A DNA stretch of 63,841 nt, counting the filler, from Octopus bimaculoides (taxonomy: Eukaryota): NCBI RefSeq assembly GCF_001194135.2. It is 9 parts of 9 records of this genome, joined end to end, with 100 filler letters (N's around TTAATTAATTAA, not from the genome) between each part and the next. Parts side by side here need not be neighbours in the genome. Positions count along the whole stretch, not along the records: positions 51,472 to 56,787 come from NC_068982.1; positions 56,888 to 58,965 come from NW_026426320.1; positions 59,066 to 62,586 come from NC_069003.1; positions 62,687 to 63,841 come from NC_068981.1; 5 more parts are not named here. One strand, given 5' to 3'. Position numbers and translations under genes: made by a program. Under the pieces are notes generated by a model. The model did no database searches, was not told the DNA's origin, and saw only the letters and a program-made list of their open reading frames with translations. This document shows, one piece after another, positions 51,510 to 63,841 of the stretch; position 1 is the stretch's first letter; every line of letters starts with the position of its first letter.

Positions 51510-54500
51510 TGTATGTATGTGCCTATGTATGTTGCATACATACATGATTTTTTAACACAGAATCGCTCGTACATTTGCAATGGAAGTTCGTTTCTTTTTC
51601 CTTTCTTGCATTTTTGTGATACTTAGGGATATGTATTTTCAAGCGGTTATCGTTTATTTCAGTGACCTATATCTAAATTTTAGTCCCCGAACTCTTAATT
51701 CAATTGTCTGTAAATAAAGATGAAAAAATTAACTCGTAAATTGAATGGGAATATGGCAGTAAGATAACCTTCAGTTAAATATCATTATCCGATATTTTGC
51801 TTATGTTAGCAAAAATAAAAAAATACCCTTAGCATTTTTTCTAATTTTATAAATATATGTTTACACACTCTACCTCATCAATAGAAGAAACAATTCATTA
51901 ATTCATTATTACTCTATGTGTAATTTTCACAAAACACATTCCCTTCAACTACATACTGTATTACTTTGATATTGTAACATAATAATTAACATAACGTATA
52001 CATTTTTGAATACCTTGATGGTTTACTGATGAAACTGTTTTCAAACATTCTTACGTATCTCTTGTCGGTCCCTAACTTATGGCAGCCATCATAAAATAAA
52101 CGCTTCCGGGATGATGACAACGGAGTTCATATCTTAGTGGCAAGTGAATTGATATTTATGAAGTTTGTATTAATTGGGAAAATAGAATTATATTTACTGA
52201 CGACCATCTTTTTCTCAATTATAATTGAGACACGATTGCAATAAAATAAAAGTCGTTATACGAATTCCCATTCATTCACATTCATGTTATTTTGCCTGTC
52301 ACAATTTCGTGACTCACAACAGTAATGTGGGCTACTCTGGAAGCTTTTACTGACATATGCTATCACTTAGTTAAAATCGATCGGGTGTATTGAATATCTG
52401 AACCATTACTGATGTAGTTACGGAACATAGGAATGCTGATGGCACATGCATGTATGTTATTGCTTCCGTGTGTTTTAGTGTTTCGTTTGCATATATAATG
52501 GAATTATTTATAGGAATGAATTTCGTTTATTTCATTTTCTGTATATGAAATGAATATTTATAACTGAATAAACAAACAATATAAATATCAATACTTTTCG
52601 TTTTCTGTCTCCGTTTTCCACTGTCTTCTTGGCGTTAGATAGTGATGTAAATCGTCGTAAACAAAATGGTGGCAAATATATATTGCAGGATGTATGAGCT
52701 ATAACGATGTTGAATATATGATGTGTTATTGAAAGTTAAAGTAGATTATGTTAAAAGCATTGATTTATTAAACCAAATATAGAATTAGTAATATGTAAAT
52801 TACGAAAAGAAAATATTATATCTATATAGAAATCTCAGCTAAAAGGTTAACATTTTGCTTTGTTTTGCTTGTTTGTTTTTATTTTTAAATATATATTTAT
52901 CCAACGTAAAGTATACAAAAATATTATTTATCGTGGAATACAACACGCCTTACAATGTTGTCATTGGAATAAATCACGACGGCCAAGCAATACTACATTA
53001 CAACACGCTAGCTTTTAAAAGAATATTGTATTGAAAAAAAAAGAACTTCAATTTAATTGTTAACAATGCATTAATTTTATTTTAAAAGATGTTTTCCGGG
53101 GATTTTGTTAAAGAAATTTGGCTGTATAAAACATTATTGGGAATTGAATCCAATTATGAGAAGTAAGGAGACCCTGAAGAATCAATTCATATTTATCGAG
53201 GAACGATATTTTAAAGTTATGAAATATGCATTTTAATGTGTACCTATAATCAGGTAATAGAAAACGTTAATAGGTAAAATTAGACAGTCTTAAGTGATTT
53301 CAACAATTGCAGGTAATAAAGTATATTTCTATATGCCCTTAAGCAATATGTGAGCACATAATTGTGAAATTGCTTCTGGACTCAAACGATGTTAAGAAAT
53401 ACATTATATCTTTACTGATTTTGCAGTTAATAAAGATAAACTTATCAGCATATCATCGAGCATTTTCTTGGAAAATAATTAATCTGATATGAAATTTGTC
53501 GATCAGAAATGAAATTCTTCTTCAATCCTTATAAAATAGCTAGGAAATGAACATAAGTCTATCGATCATTATTCCAATTAATTTTTTCTGGGCATCTTTA
53601 ATGGAAACTTTTTCAAAGAAATAATATCATTTCTGCCATATAAATATGTCTAAAAGGCTACAAACACACACACACACACACACANNNNNNNNNNNNNNNN
53701 NNNNNNNNNNNNNNNNNNNNNNNNNNNNNNNNNNNNNNNNNNNNNNNNNNNNNNNNNNNNNNNNNNNNNNNNNNNNNNNNNNNNNNNNNNNNNNNNNNNN
53801 NNNNNNNNNNNNNNNNNNNNNNNNNNNNNNNNNNNNNNNNNNNNNNNNNNNNNNNNNNNNNNNNNNNNNNNNNNNNNNNNNNNNNNNNNNNNNNNNNNNN
53901 NNNNNNNNNNNNNNNNNNNNNNNNNNNNNNNNNNNNNNNNNNNNNNNNNNNNNNNNNNNNNNNNNNNNNNNNNNNNNNNNNNNNNNNNNNNNNNNNNNNN
54001 NNNNNNNNNNNNNNNNNNNNNNNNNNNNNNNNNNNNNNNNNNNNNNNNNNNNNNNNNNNNNNNNNNNNNNNNNNNNNNNNNNNNNNNNNNNNNNNNNNNN
54101 NNNNNNNNNNNNNNNNNNNNNNNNNNNNNNNNNNNNNNNNNNNNNNNNNNNNNNNNNNNNNNNNNNNNNNNNNNNNNNNNNNNNNNNNNNNNNNNNNNNN
54201 NNNNNNNNNNNNNNNNNNNNNNNNNNNNNNNNNNNNNNNNNNNNNNNNNNNNNNNNNNNNNNNNNNNNNNNNNNNNNNNNNNNNNNNNNNNNNNNNNNNN
54301 NNNNNNNNNNNNNNNNNNNNNNNNNNNNNNNNNNNNNNNNNNNNNNNNNNNNNNNNNNNNNNNNNNNNNNNNNNNNNTAGAAGACACTTGCCAACGTACT
54401 ACGCAGTGCGTTTGAAGCCGGAACCATGCGGCTGGGAAGCTAGCATCGTAGCACACAGCCACGGAGAGAGAGAGAGAACAAGAAAGAGAGCAAGAGAGAT

Positions 54501-54528
54501 AGAGCAAGAGAGGGAGAGAGTAAGCAAG

Positions 54529-54597
<69 letters not shown>

Positions 54598-54619
54598 TGT
54601 ATGTATATTTGTATGCATA

Positions 54620-55600
54620 CGAAGGTGTGCTGAAAATGTTCATAGGCTGACTATGAGCGACGGATGCTAGAGTAGTGTGATTGTGCATGCAGTAATTTCA
54701 ACTATTCTTATGAATAACTCCATTGTTTTATTAGAAGTAAATTGATGTCTGACTTTTCAAAGAATCTTCAAACGTAATTAGTAGCCAGTTCTCTTTAAAA
54801 TGACTGAGCAATGTTGAAAATTAATCGTGACAACTACCTGCGGAGAAAGATTTGTACCCCTGGAACATTCATGCTAACACGGTTGCTGCATTAGAGGATG
54901 ACACTCCAGCATTTAAAAGTAGGCAACTGAATTTAAGGGAAAATCATGAAGATCACCCTCGGTCCAGCAACTACTATCATTGAAGAAATCACTGCTAGTG
55001 TCCACTACATGTTGATGGACAACAGGTGGTTTACTATACATCAGCTATTCAATGCTAGTAGCATATTCCCTAAGAGAATTGATAATATTCTGCACAATGA
55101 ATAAGCGCGGGAGAAGGTTTCTGCTCGGTGGATTCCACGTCTTCTTATACCTGATCAAAAGCGCACCAGGGTGATAATCTCAGGGGAAAATCTGACATTG
55201 TTTGAGGCATATCCAGCTGGGTTCTTTGAACGTCTACTAACCCAGGATGAGAGTTGAGTTCATTGCTTTGAGCCAGAGACAAAGACACAATCCATGCAAT
55301 GGAAACACCCTTACTCACCTGCTCCAAGATCGTTTCCTCTGGAAGAAACACGATAGCCTCAATTTCGGGTGTTTGCAAAATGCATTGTTTTTATTGAATA
55401 TCTACAAAAGGACCTGACCAGAAAGGGAAATTAAAATGAGACAGTTAAGAAATATTATTATGACCAGTTGATACAGTTAAGAAATATTATCATGATCAAA
55501 CGCCCAGTAAATCTGACGGAAGTAATCTTGTTTCCACGGGACAATACACCAGCGCACAAGCCTTCGGTTTTAATGGTTGTTATGCATGACTTTGTGCTAA
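54620..55600 (+). mobile_element. Mariner transposase pseudogene
   Basis: TA|CGAAGG start; KVSARWIPRLL.PDQKRTR...RLLTQDE..VHCFEPETKTQSMQWKHP and a later DNTPAH (DNAPAH-like) motif; stops and deletions. Confidence 0.85.
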
Positions 55601-56921
55601 CGATTCTTAAAACTCACCGCCTTCGTTTTATTAGAAATACTGATTTCAAATTTTGGCATAAAGCCAGCAATATCAGGGGAAGCCAGCAATATCGATTACA
55701 TCAGTCCCAGTTCTCAACTGGTACTTATTTTATCGCTCCGTATATGATGAAAGTAAAAGTCGATTTCGACAGAATGTGAGCTGAGAACCCGAACACGGGC
55801 GAAATGCCGCTAAGCACTTTTTCCCGCATACTAACGATTCTATCTGCTAACCGCCTTCGTTTTATTAGTGATATTAAGAAAAGTTCCCAATATCTTTAAT
55901 TATATATATATNNNNNNNNNNNNNNNNNNNNNNNNNNNNNNNNNNNNNNNNNNNNNNNNNNNNNNNNNNNNNNNNNNNNNNNNNNNNNNNNNNNNNNNNN
56001 NNNNNNNNNNNNNNNNNNNNNNNNNNNNNNNNNNNNNNNNNNNNNNNNNNNNNNNNNNNNNNNNNNNNNNNNNNNNNNNNNNNNNNNNNNNNNNNNGTTT
56101 CATAAAACAAAGAATTAAGGAAATATTGGTTGATGTAATCCCAAATAGAATGTTTGAAAACAAATATTAGTTGATAGTAAGAGTTCGAATGTCATTCATA
56201 ATTGGATTACTTGATGATGGTTACATTGAAACTAACGAATGATACATATCAGGCGTGTATATTCGTTTATTGTTATAGTATATAGCGATATGTTTTTCAA
56301 AATATACAATAGGATAATTTCGATGACTTTTGTAATTTATATAAATTTTCATGCAGAAAAATATTCATACCATTTTAAATAGTCATTATTTTTTTTGTGT
56401 GATGGGAAACAATTTCCGATTTTATGTTTAGAATCTTACAATACAGATTGAAAGACTGGGGTAAAATATTAAGTAATATGCGCAGAGTCTTTTATCTAAC
56501 CATGATAGTGTGCAACAATCATGAATATTTAATAGTTCAAAAGAAATAAACTTCATTTCTTACTAAATAACTATAGGTATACGTATATAAGAGAGTGCGT
56601 GTGTATGTGTCTGTGTGCATTTGTGCGTGCGTTTTGTGTACATATGTGTATGTCTTTTTGTATTTTTGGTGATACCTAATATATCTAATGAAATTATTCA
56701 ATAGTGAAGGAAAGAAGTTCCACATACAACTGTCACACGTAATTTTACATACTCGTAATAATGGTTGTTACATGTCTGATATATATANNNNNNNNNNNNN
56801 NNNNNNNNNNNNNNNNNNNNNNNNNNNNNNNTTAATTAATTAANNNNNNNNNNNNNNNNNNNNNNNNNNNNNNNNNNNNNNNNNNNNCAGTAGTACAATT
56901 TTCTGTATGTTATATATATTT

Positions 56922-56961
<40 letters not shown>

Positions 56962-57182
56962 AGCGGTGAGCTGGCAGAATTGTTAGCACACTGGGCGAAA
57001 TGCTTAGTGGTATTTCAACTGTCGCTACCTTCTAAGTTCAAATTCCGCCAAGGTCGACTTTGCCTTTCAACCTTTCAGGGTCTATAAATTAAGTACCAGT
57101 TACATACCGGGGATGATGTAATCGACTAGCATCCCCCTCCCCCCCAAAAAAATTCCAGACCTTCTGCCTATAGTAGAAAGGA
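56962..57182 (+). mobile_element. SINE of a third family (other copies at about 41340-41560 - and 55650-55860 -)
   Basis: GCGGTGAGCTGGCAGAAT.GTTAGCA...GTTCAAATTCCGCC.AGGTCGACTTTGCCTTTCA...AAGTACCAG body repeated in the window. Confidence 0.75.
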
Positions 57183-57577
57183 TTATTATTGTTCTTCTTC
57201 TTCCTCTTGATGCCTTCATTGTTGCTGTTGTTGTTGTTGTTGTTGTTATTGCTGTGGTTATTGTTCTTGGTGTTTTTGTTGCTGTTTTTAATATTATTCT
57301 CTTTGCTATTGTTGTTGTTTTTACAGTAATTCTTCTTGGTGTTGTATATATCAGTCTAGTTATTATTAATGTTGTTAGTCCCTTACTTTTGTTGTTATCA
57401 GTGTTGTCATGACGATATTGTTTGTTATTGTGCTGTTGTTTTTGCTTATACTCTGTTTGGTATTTGATGCTAATGTATATAAATATACACTGCAAAAATA
57501 TTATTGTTTGCTACATTGTTTTTATGACAGCGTGTGTGTATGAGCATGTGTGGATGAGAGTGTTTATGTGTATGTAC

Positions 57578-57614
<37 letters not shown>

Positions 57615-57752
57615 NNNNNNNNNNATATATATATATATATACATACATACATACGTGTGTGTGTGTGTGTGTGTACACCTATCTATCTATTTCTCTACCT
57701 GTCTTTATCTATCCACATCTATGTGTATATATATGTATGTGTGTATATATGC

Positions 57753-57789
<37 letters not shown>

Positions 57790-58233
57790 ATATGTATATA
57801 TATTTATATTGTAAAACACTAACACAAACTGCTTGAAAGAACCATCAGGTGTTCTTCTGGAATAATCCAGAAGTATTTAAATAATACATACACCTGATAC
57901 CTCAAACAGATAAGGAAGCATAACTGGAGGGAGTGTATATGTGTGTGTGTACATGTGTGGACATGTGCGTACATGTGTGTGTGTGTGTTTGTGTGTACAT
58001 GTAGCTATGCGTGTATTTGTGTATTTATATACATAGTGTATATATAATATAATATATATTTTATGCACAACACTTTGTGAATTTAGAACTGAAATAATAA
58101 AGATCTATGTTACAAAGCCTAGCTGTGAGTGAAGTGAGAAAAATGCAAGTGCATTCTTTCTAAGCTTGTGCTGTGTAGGAAAAGGAGATGTGGAGTCTCT
58201 TTTTGTGATTCACACTATATTCTACACAATATG

Positions 58234-58264
<31 letters not shown>

Positions 58265-58906
58265 CCAAGAAACTTAGGGGTTGTGAATCCAACCCACTAA
58301 GGGATAATATCTATCCAATATACTGCCGGAAGAATACCCAATTATTATTACACTAGTGTTTTTCCTGTACCTCTATTTCATCTATCAATTATTTCAGCCT
58401 ACTGGAGTTATATAGATAGAATGAGGCATGTCACTGAAACAGCTGTAAGTCACTGTCCCATTTTTGATCGCTAGATGTCCTTTTTTAATTACCGATATGA
58501 CATAATATGTCGCATGTGTTTGTATATTGTTATTATTGTCCTCTTAGTTAACAAATAAACAGGTAAATTGACACAATCCGCTGTCTGCAAGTTGATGAAT
58601 ACCACCTATTCCCCTCCATTTTCTTATTGGTATATATACAAAAGGATAAAGACCCTTCCACGGTTATATAGACTCACAGGGCCAGCTTCTTGGTTTCCCT
58701 GGGGTATATATTTTCTCCTGGATAGGATGCCAGTCCTGAGCAGAATAACTCACTTTGGCAAGCTCAGTTGACTGGAGCAATATGGAAATGAAGTCTTTTG
58801 CTCAAGAACGCAATGTGTTACCTGATCCAGGAGTTGAAACTACAATCTTACTATCATAAGTCCAACACCCTACCTACTAATTCATGCACTTTCCACACAC
58901 ACGCGT

Positions 58907-58965
<59 letters not shown>

Positions 58966-59164
58966 NNNNNNNNNNNNNNNNNNNNNNNNNNNNNNNNNNN
59001 NNNNNNNNNTTAATTAATTAANNNNNNNNNNNNNNNNNNNNNNNNNNNNNNNNNNNNNNNNNNNNTCATATCGTTTTTGGATTTGGTTTGCAAGATTCTT
59101 TATATGAGTTCGTGTGTTGAAGCATATTCTGCTGTGTCTGGGAAGAGTCATTTTCTTTTTGTGC

Positions 59165-59288
59165 CTTATAATTTAACACACTCACCGGTAAAATCTATTG
59201 AAAAGGTTGCAAGACGCAACGAAAAGTTTAGGACAATGAAAATAAGAAATAAGTGGAAATTTTACCGGTGAGTGTGTTAAATTATAAG
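59165..59288. repeat. Perfect 30-bp inverted repeat; possible 100-bp TTAA-flanked MITE (59177-59276)
   Basis: CTTATAATTTAACACACTCACCGGTAAAAT at 59165-59194 and its reverse complement at 59259-59288. Confidence 0.85.
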
Positions 59289-59826
59289 TAATTTTTCAAA
59301 AAGACTTTCAAGTATGTATGTATGTATGTATGTATGTATGTATGTATGTATGTATGTGTTTATTTGTTTATTTGCATCGTTATCACTCTTTACCCAGCGG
59401 ACTTGGTCCTTAATAACGATATCGGGGATTAAGTTCAAATCATTTGAACGATACTACGTCTTTTCTATACTGAATATCTCTGGATCTCACCTGTTGACTC
59501 CTCGCACTCTCNNNNNNNNNNNNNNNNNNNNNNNNNNNNNNNNNNNNNNNNNNNNNNNNNNNNNNNNNNNNNNNNNNNNNNNNNNNNNNNNNNNNNNNNN
59601 NNNNNNNNNNNNNNNNNNNNNNNNNNNNNNNNNNNNNNNNNNNNNNNNNNNNNNNNNNNNNNNNNNNNNNNNNNNNNNNNNNNNNNNNNNNNNNNNNNNN
59701 NNNNNNNNNNNNNNNNNNNNNNNNNNNNNNNNNNNNNNNNNNNNNNNNNNNNNNNNNNNNNNNNNNNNNNNNNNNNNNNNNNNNNNNNNNNNNNNNNNNN
59801 NNNNNNNNNNNNNNNNNNNNNNNNNN

Positions 59827-60140
59827 CTCTCTCTCCCGCCTCTCTCTCCCCTCTGTCTCTCTCCCCCCTCGCTCCTCTCTTTCTCCCCTCTCTCTCTCCC
59901 GTCTCTCTCTCCCCCTCTCTCTCTCCCCTCTCTCTCTCCTCTTCTCTCTCTCCCTCATTCACTCTCTCTCCCTCATTCACTCTCTCTCCTCTTATTCATT
60001 CTCCCTCTCTCCTCTCTCTCTCCCTCATTCACTCTCTCCCCCTCATTCACTCTCTCCTTTCTCTCCCCCTCATTCACTCTCTTTCCCCTCTTTCTCCCTC
60101 ATTCACTCTCTCCCCCTCTTTCCCTCTGCCTCTCCCTCCA
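59827..60140. repeat. Polypyrimidine (CT)-rich tract with CCCTCATTCACTCTCT units
   Basis: Direct reading. Confidence 0.9.
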
Positions 60141-60767
60141 TATATATATTCTTATTATTGTTTTCTTTCTTTTTGTTTCTGTAATTTGACCTCGGCCATG
60201 TTGGAGCACCGCCTTGTTAGTCGAAAAAAATCGACCCCCAAGACTTATTCTTTATAAGCCTAGTACTTATTCTATCGGTCCCTTATTGCCGAACCGCTAA
60301 CTTACGGGAACGTAAACACACCAACATCGTATGTCAAGGGATGGTGGGGGACAAACACAGACACACAAACATACATACGCGCACACGAGAACACACACAC
60401 ACACACACACACACGCAGACATACGACGGGCTTCTTTCAGTTTCCTTCTACCAAATTCACTCATAAGGCTTTGGTCGGCCCGAGGCTAGAGTAGAAGACA
60501 CTTGCCTATCTTCTTTCTGTTCCTTTCTCTCTTTTTCCTTGTTATCTAGCCCCTCCCCCTCTCGGTCTCGTTCTTTTCACCCTCTATCTATCTATCTGTC
60601 TATCTATCTCTATTCTCGTCTGCCATATCTCGGTGCCTCTACCCCAGCCTCCCACCACTTGTAAACTGTTACTCCTGTTACACCACACATTCTTATTTCA
60701 TGAGGAATAATGCATTTAGCGCAAGATAAAACCAAAACTGATCGAACAATAACCAGACTAGTAGTAG

Positions 60768-61270
60768 TGGTAGTAGTAGTAGTGATGGTGGTGGTGGCGG
60801 TGGCGGTGTTGGTGGTAGTAGTAGTAGTGATGGTGGTGGTGGTGGTGGTGGTGGTAGTAGTAGTAGTGATGGTGGTGGTGGTGGTGGCGGTGTTGGTGGT
60901 AGTAGTAGTAGTGATGGTGGTGGTGGTGGTAGCAGTAGTAGTAGTAGTANNNNNNNNNNNNNNNNNNNNNNNNNNNNNNNNNNNNNNNNNNNNNNNNNNN
61001 NNNNNNNNNNNNNNNNNNNNNNNNNNNNNNNNNNNNNNNNNNNNNNNNNNNNNNNNNNNNNNNNNNNNNNNNNNNNNNNNNNNNNNNNNNNNNNNNNNNN
61101 NNNNNNNNNNNNNNNNNNNNNNNNNNNNNNNNNNNNNNNNNNNNNNNNNNNNNNNNNNNNNNNNNNNNNNNNNNNNNNNNNNNNNNNNNNNNGTGGTGAT
61201 GGTAGTAGTAGTAGTAGTGGCGGCGGTGGTGGCGGCAGCGGCGGTGGTGGTGGTGGTGGTGGTAGTGTGA
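60768..61270. repeat. (GTA/GTG)n trinucleotide array with higher-order units (spans a gap)
   Basis: Direct reading; produces the poly-Val, poly-Thr and poly-Pro pseudo-ORFs. Confidence 0.9.
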
Positions 61271-61454
61271 TGAGTCGGAGAAGGGGGTGGGGGGGTCGGA
61301 GAAACGGAGCGGGACAGGCGTGATTTAATGTTAACATAACGATGGTTGCTTGAGTAAAGGATTAGCGTTTGAGACCTTAAGTAACGCCAACACACCAACA
61401 CCTCCCCCCCTCCTCCTCCTCCTCCTCCTCCTGCCGCTGCAGCTGCTACTACAA

Positions 61455-61487
<33 letters not shown>

Positions 61488-61635
61488 TTGTTGCTATTGT
61501 TGTTGCAAACACGGGATTAGCCAACAGACGTTGATATCTTATCACTGGATTAGAATACGTGCGTAAAATATGATATAAGACAACACTGAAATCGTTGACA
61601 CACAGACAGACAAATTATCATTGTCATTATTCTTT

Positions 61636-61679
<44 letters not shown>

Positions 61680-62018
61680 GATGTTGGTGTTGTTATTATT
61701 GGTGGTATTGGTGTTGTTATTATGCTGCAATTGTTGGTGTTGCTGTTTAGCGCAGGACGGACCAGATAAGACAAAACCCAAAAGCGCTCCAGCCATGCCT
61801 ACCCTTGTCTTTTTTTTTTCAGATTGTCGGTCTTTATTCAGTATAATTAGATGTGTTTGCAGACGAATGTTATGTGGTAAGAAGTTTGCTTCCCAACCAC
61901 ATGGTTCTGGGTTCAGCCTCGCTGCGTGGCACCTTGAGCAAGTGTCGTCTACTATAGTCTTGGGCTGACCAAAAGCCTTGTGAGTGGATTTGGTAGACGG
62001 AAACTGAAAGAAGCCCGT

Positions 62019-62081
<63 letters not shown>

Positions 62082-62543
62082 TAATACAAATAATATGTGA
62101 GTATATGCATATATACGTACATTTATGTACATACCTACATCTACATGTATATATAGATGCATATCTGGGTACAGGACGTCACAAAAAAACGTGGACAAAA
62201 TGAAAAACAGAACATAAAAAGAGCGCAGAAAACACACAGGCCACACAGAGAACATTTTCTTCATCAGCTGCCACCATTCTAAAACTAAGCGTTTCGAAGA
62301 GTTAAGACAGGACGCATTGTTAGAATGGCTCTTCCCGCGGAAACAAATGAAATTTGTAATGCGGAGGAATATCGTGGCGAACAGAAAACAAGACAGGAAA
62401 ATGAAACAGTGAACATAAACAAGAAGGGCTATAACGTCAGACGTGAAAAAAATCTAGAGGATGAGTTATGTTGAGAGCCATCAGCATCTGCAGGTAACAC
62501 GTGAAACAGGAAAGAACCGGAAATCGTATGAGAAAGCTCACAG

Positions 62544-62586
<43 letters not shown>

Positions 62587-63244
62587 NNNNNNNNNNNNNN
62601 NNNNNNNNNNNNNNNNNNNNNNNNNNNNNNTTAATTAATTAANNNNNNNNNNNNNNNNNNNNNNNNNNNNNNNNNNNNNNNNNNNNATAGATATACATAT
62701 ATATACATAACATATATATATGTATTTATATATAAGAATATATAAACATGTATATATATATATATATATATATACAAGAGGACACACTCATATATACATA
62801 TATATGTATATATTTCTATGTGTGTGTCAAGGTGTGGGTCTCTGTTTGTGTGTGTGTATTTGTGTCTGTGTTTATGTGTGTGTGTATCTATGTGTGTTTG
62901 TGTGAGTGTGTATGTGTGTGTGTGTGTATGTGTTAATATGCTGTCGAATTCAGCCCTTAAATTTGTGCTTCCAAATGGATTTTATTTCAACATTTCTTAG
63001 AACATTTTTTTATAGCTTCTCTGCTTCAAGCTGCAAAGTTCCAAAGTAGACTTATTGAGTATTTATAAGTAAAATTGTATGTGTTTACCTGTATACATAC
63101 TTTATGTATATTACTTTATATCTATCTATCTATATATCTATATCTATCTATCTATCTATGTATCTATCTATCTATGTATCTATCTATCTATATATCTATC
63201 TACCTATCTATCTATCTAGATAGATAGATAGATAGATAGATAGG

Positions 63245-63312
<68 letters not shown>

Positions 63313-63841
63313 TAGATAGATAGATAGATATATATACGTGTATCATTTTATATCTGTGCATAGACACACATACGTATACACACACATATACACATACATA
63401 CATGTATATGATACACACTTTTATTGATATACAGTTAATAATCTCCCAGTCTAGCATGATATATATCTGCATATCCGTGTGTGTTCGCGCGCACGCGTTG
63501 CTGCGTGGATGTTTGTTTGCGTGTGTGTGGGAGCATGCATAGTGCCACGTATTTTCATTCATGTGGGAGTCATAATCTTTAAAAACTGTGCCCCAACATG
63601 GCCATGCGAATGAGTACGTTCATGTCTTTTCAGTCGTGTGTATAAACTTGCAAGCAAACATTTTGTGTGTTTTCTATTACTAGTTGAAAAAGCGTGTCTT
63701 AACATCTAAATTTCTGAACTTAAAGGACGGGGCAATATCACTTAAAATTTTATCAGGTCTAAGCATACGTACATCGCATATAAACATGGTTTCAGGTACA
63801 TGTTTTTACTCGTGTATATATATATATATATATATATATAT

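Noticed and set aside
56097-56170. FIKQRIKEILVDVIPNRMFENKY* after a gap, protein-like
   Set aside because: The acceptor would be inside Ns and no homology is recognised; cannot be supported.
62258-62340. Minus-strand GAAAC and CTGATGA boxes close together with a 9-bp CCATTCTAA/TTAGAATGG stem
   Set aside because: Box order and pairing do not fit type I, II or III hammerhead topology when folded by hand.
5450-62642. Eight identical TTAATTAATTAA units between N runs (5450, 12717, 19052, 34441, 51416, 56832, 59010, 62631)
   Set aside because: Each is centred in N padding and has stops in all frames. This is an artificial scaffolding linker, not a biological repeat or CRISPR-like array.
2759-63562. 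Hundreds of ORFs rich in YI, CV, TH, poly-His, poly-Met or X
   Set aside because: They are translations of (TA)n, (CA)n, (GAT)n microsatellites and N gaps, with no coding signal.

Overview
AT-rich eukaryotic draft scaffold, densely packed with microsatellites and repeats. It has many N gaps and eight artificial N-TTAATTAATTAA-N contig linkers. The repeat landscape resembles a coleoid cephalopod (octopus-like) genome; this is inferred, not checked. Most ORF-track entries are microsatellite or gap artefacts. The one gene I recognise is the 3' part of HRD1/synoviolin (SYVN1, ERAD E3 ligase): five phase-consistent + strand exons at 40177-47789 encoding the Pro-rich region, the HAF-H helix and the C-terminal p97/VCP-binding motif. 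I could not find its transmembrane and RING exons in the window. A second, unrecognised gene is suggested by three phase-compatible exons at 213-3495. The rest is decayed mobile DNA: Tc1 and mariner transposases; RTE, CR1, R4/Dong-like and I/Jockey-like LINEs; Penelope-like elements with inverted termini carrying hammerhead-like relics; a solo LTR with a 4-bp TSD; several MITE types; and tRNA-derived SINEs. The most notable unexplained structures are strong fold-backs at 20157-20244, 27632-27748 and 28863-29117, a head-to-head inverted RTE LINE, and inverted repeats flanking a SYVN1 exon. I see no convincing novel multi-gene system.
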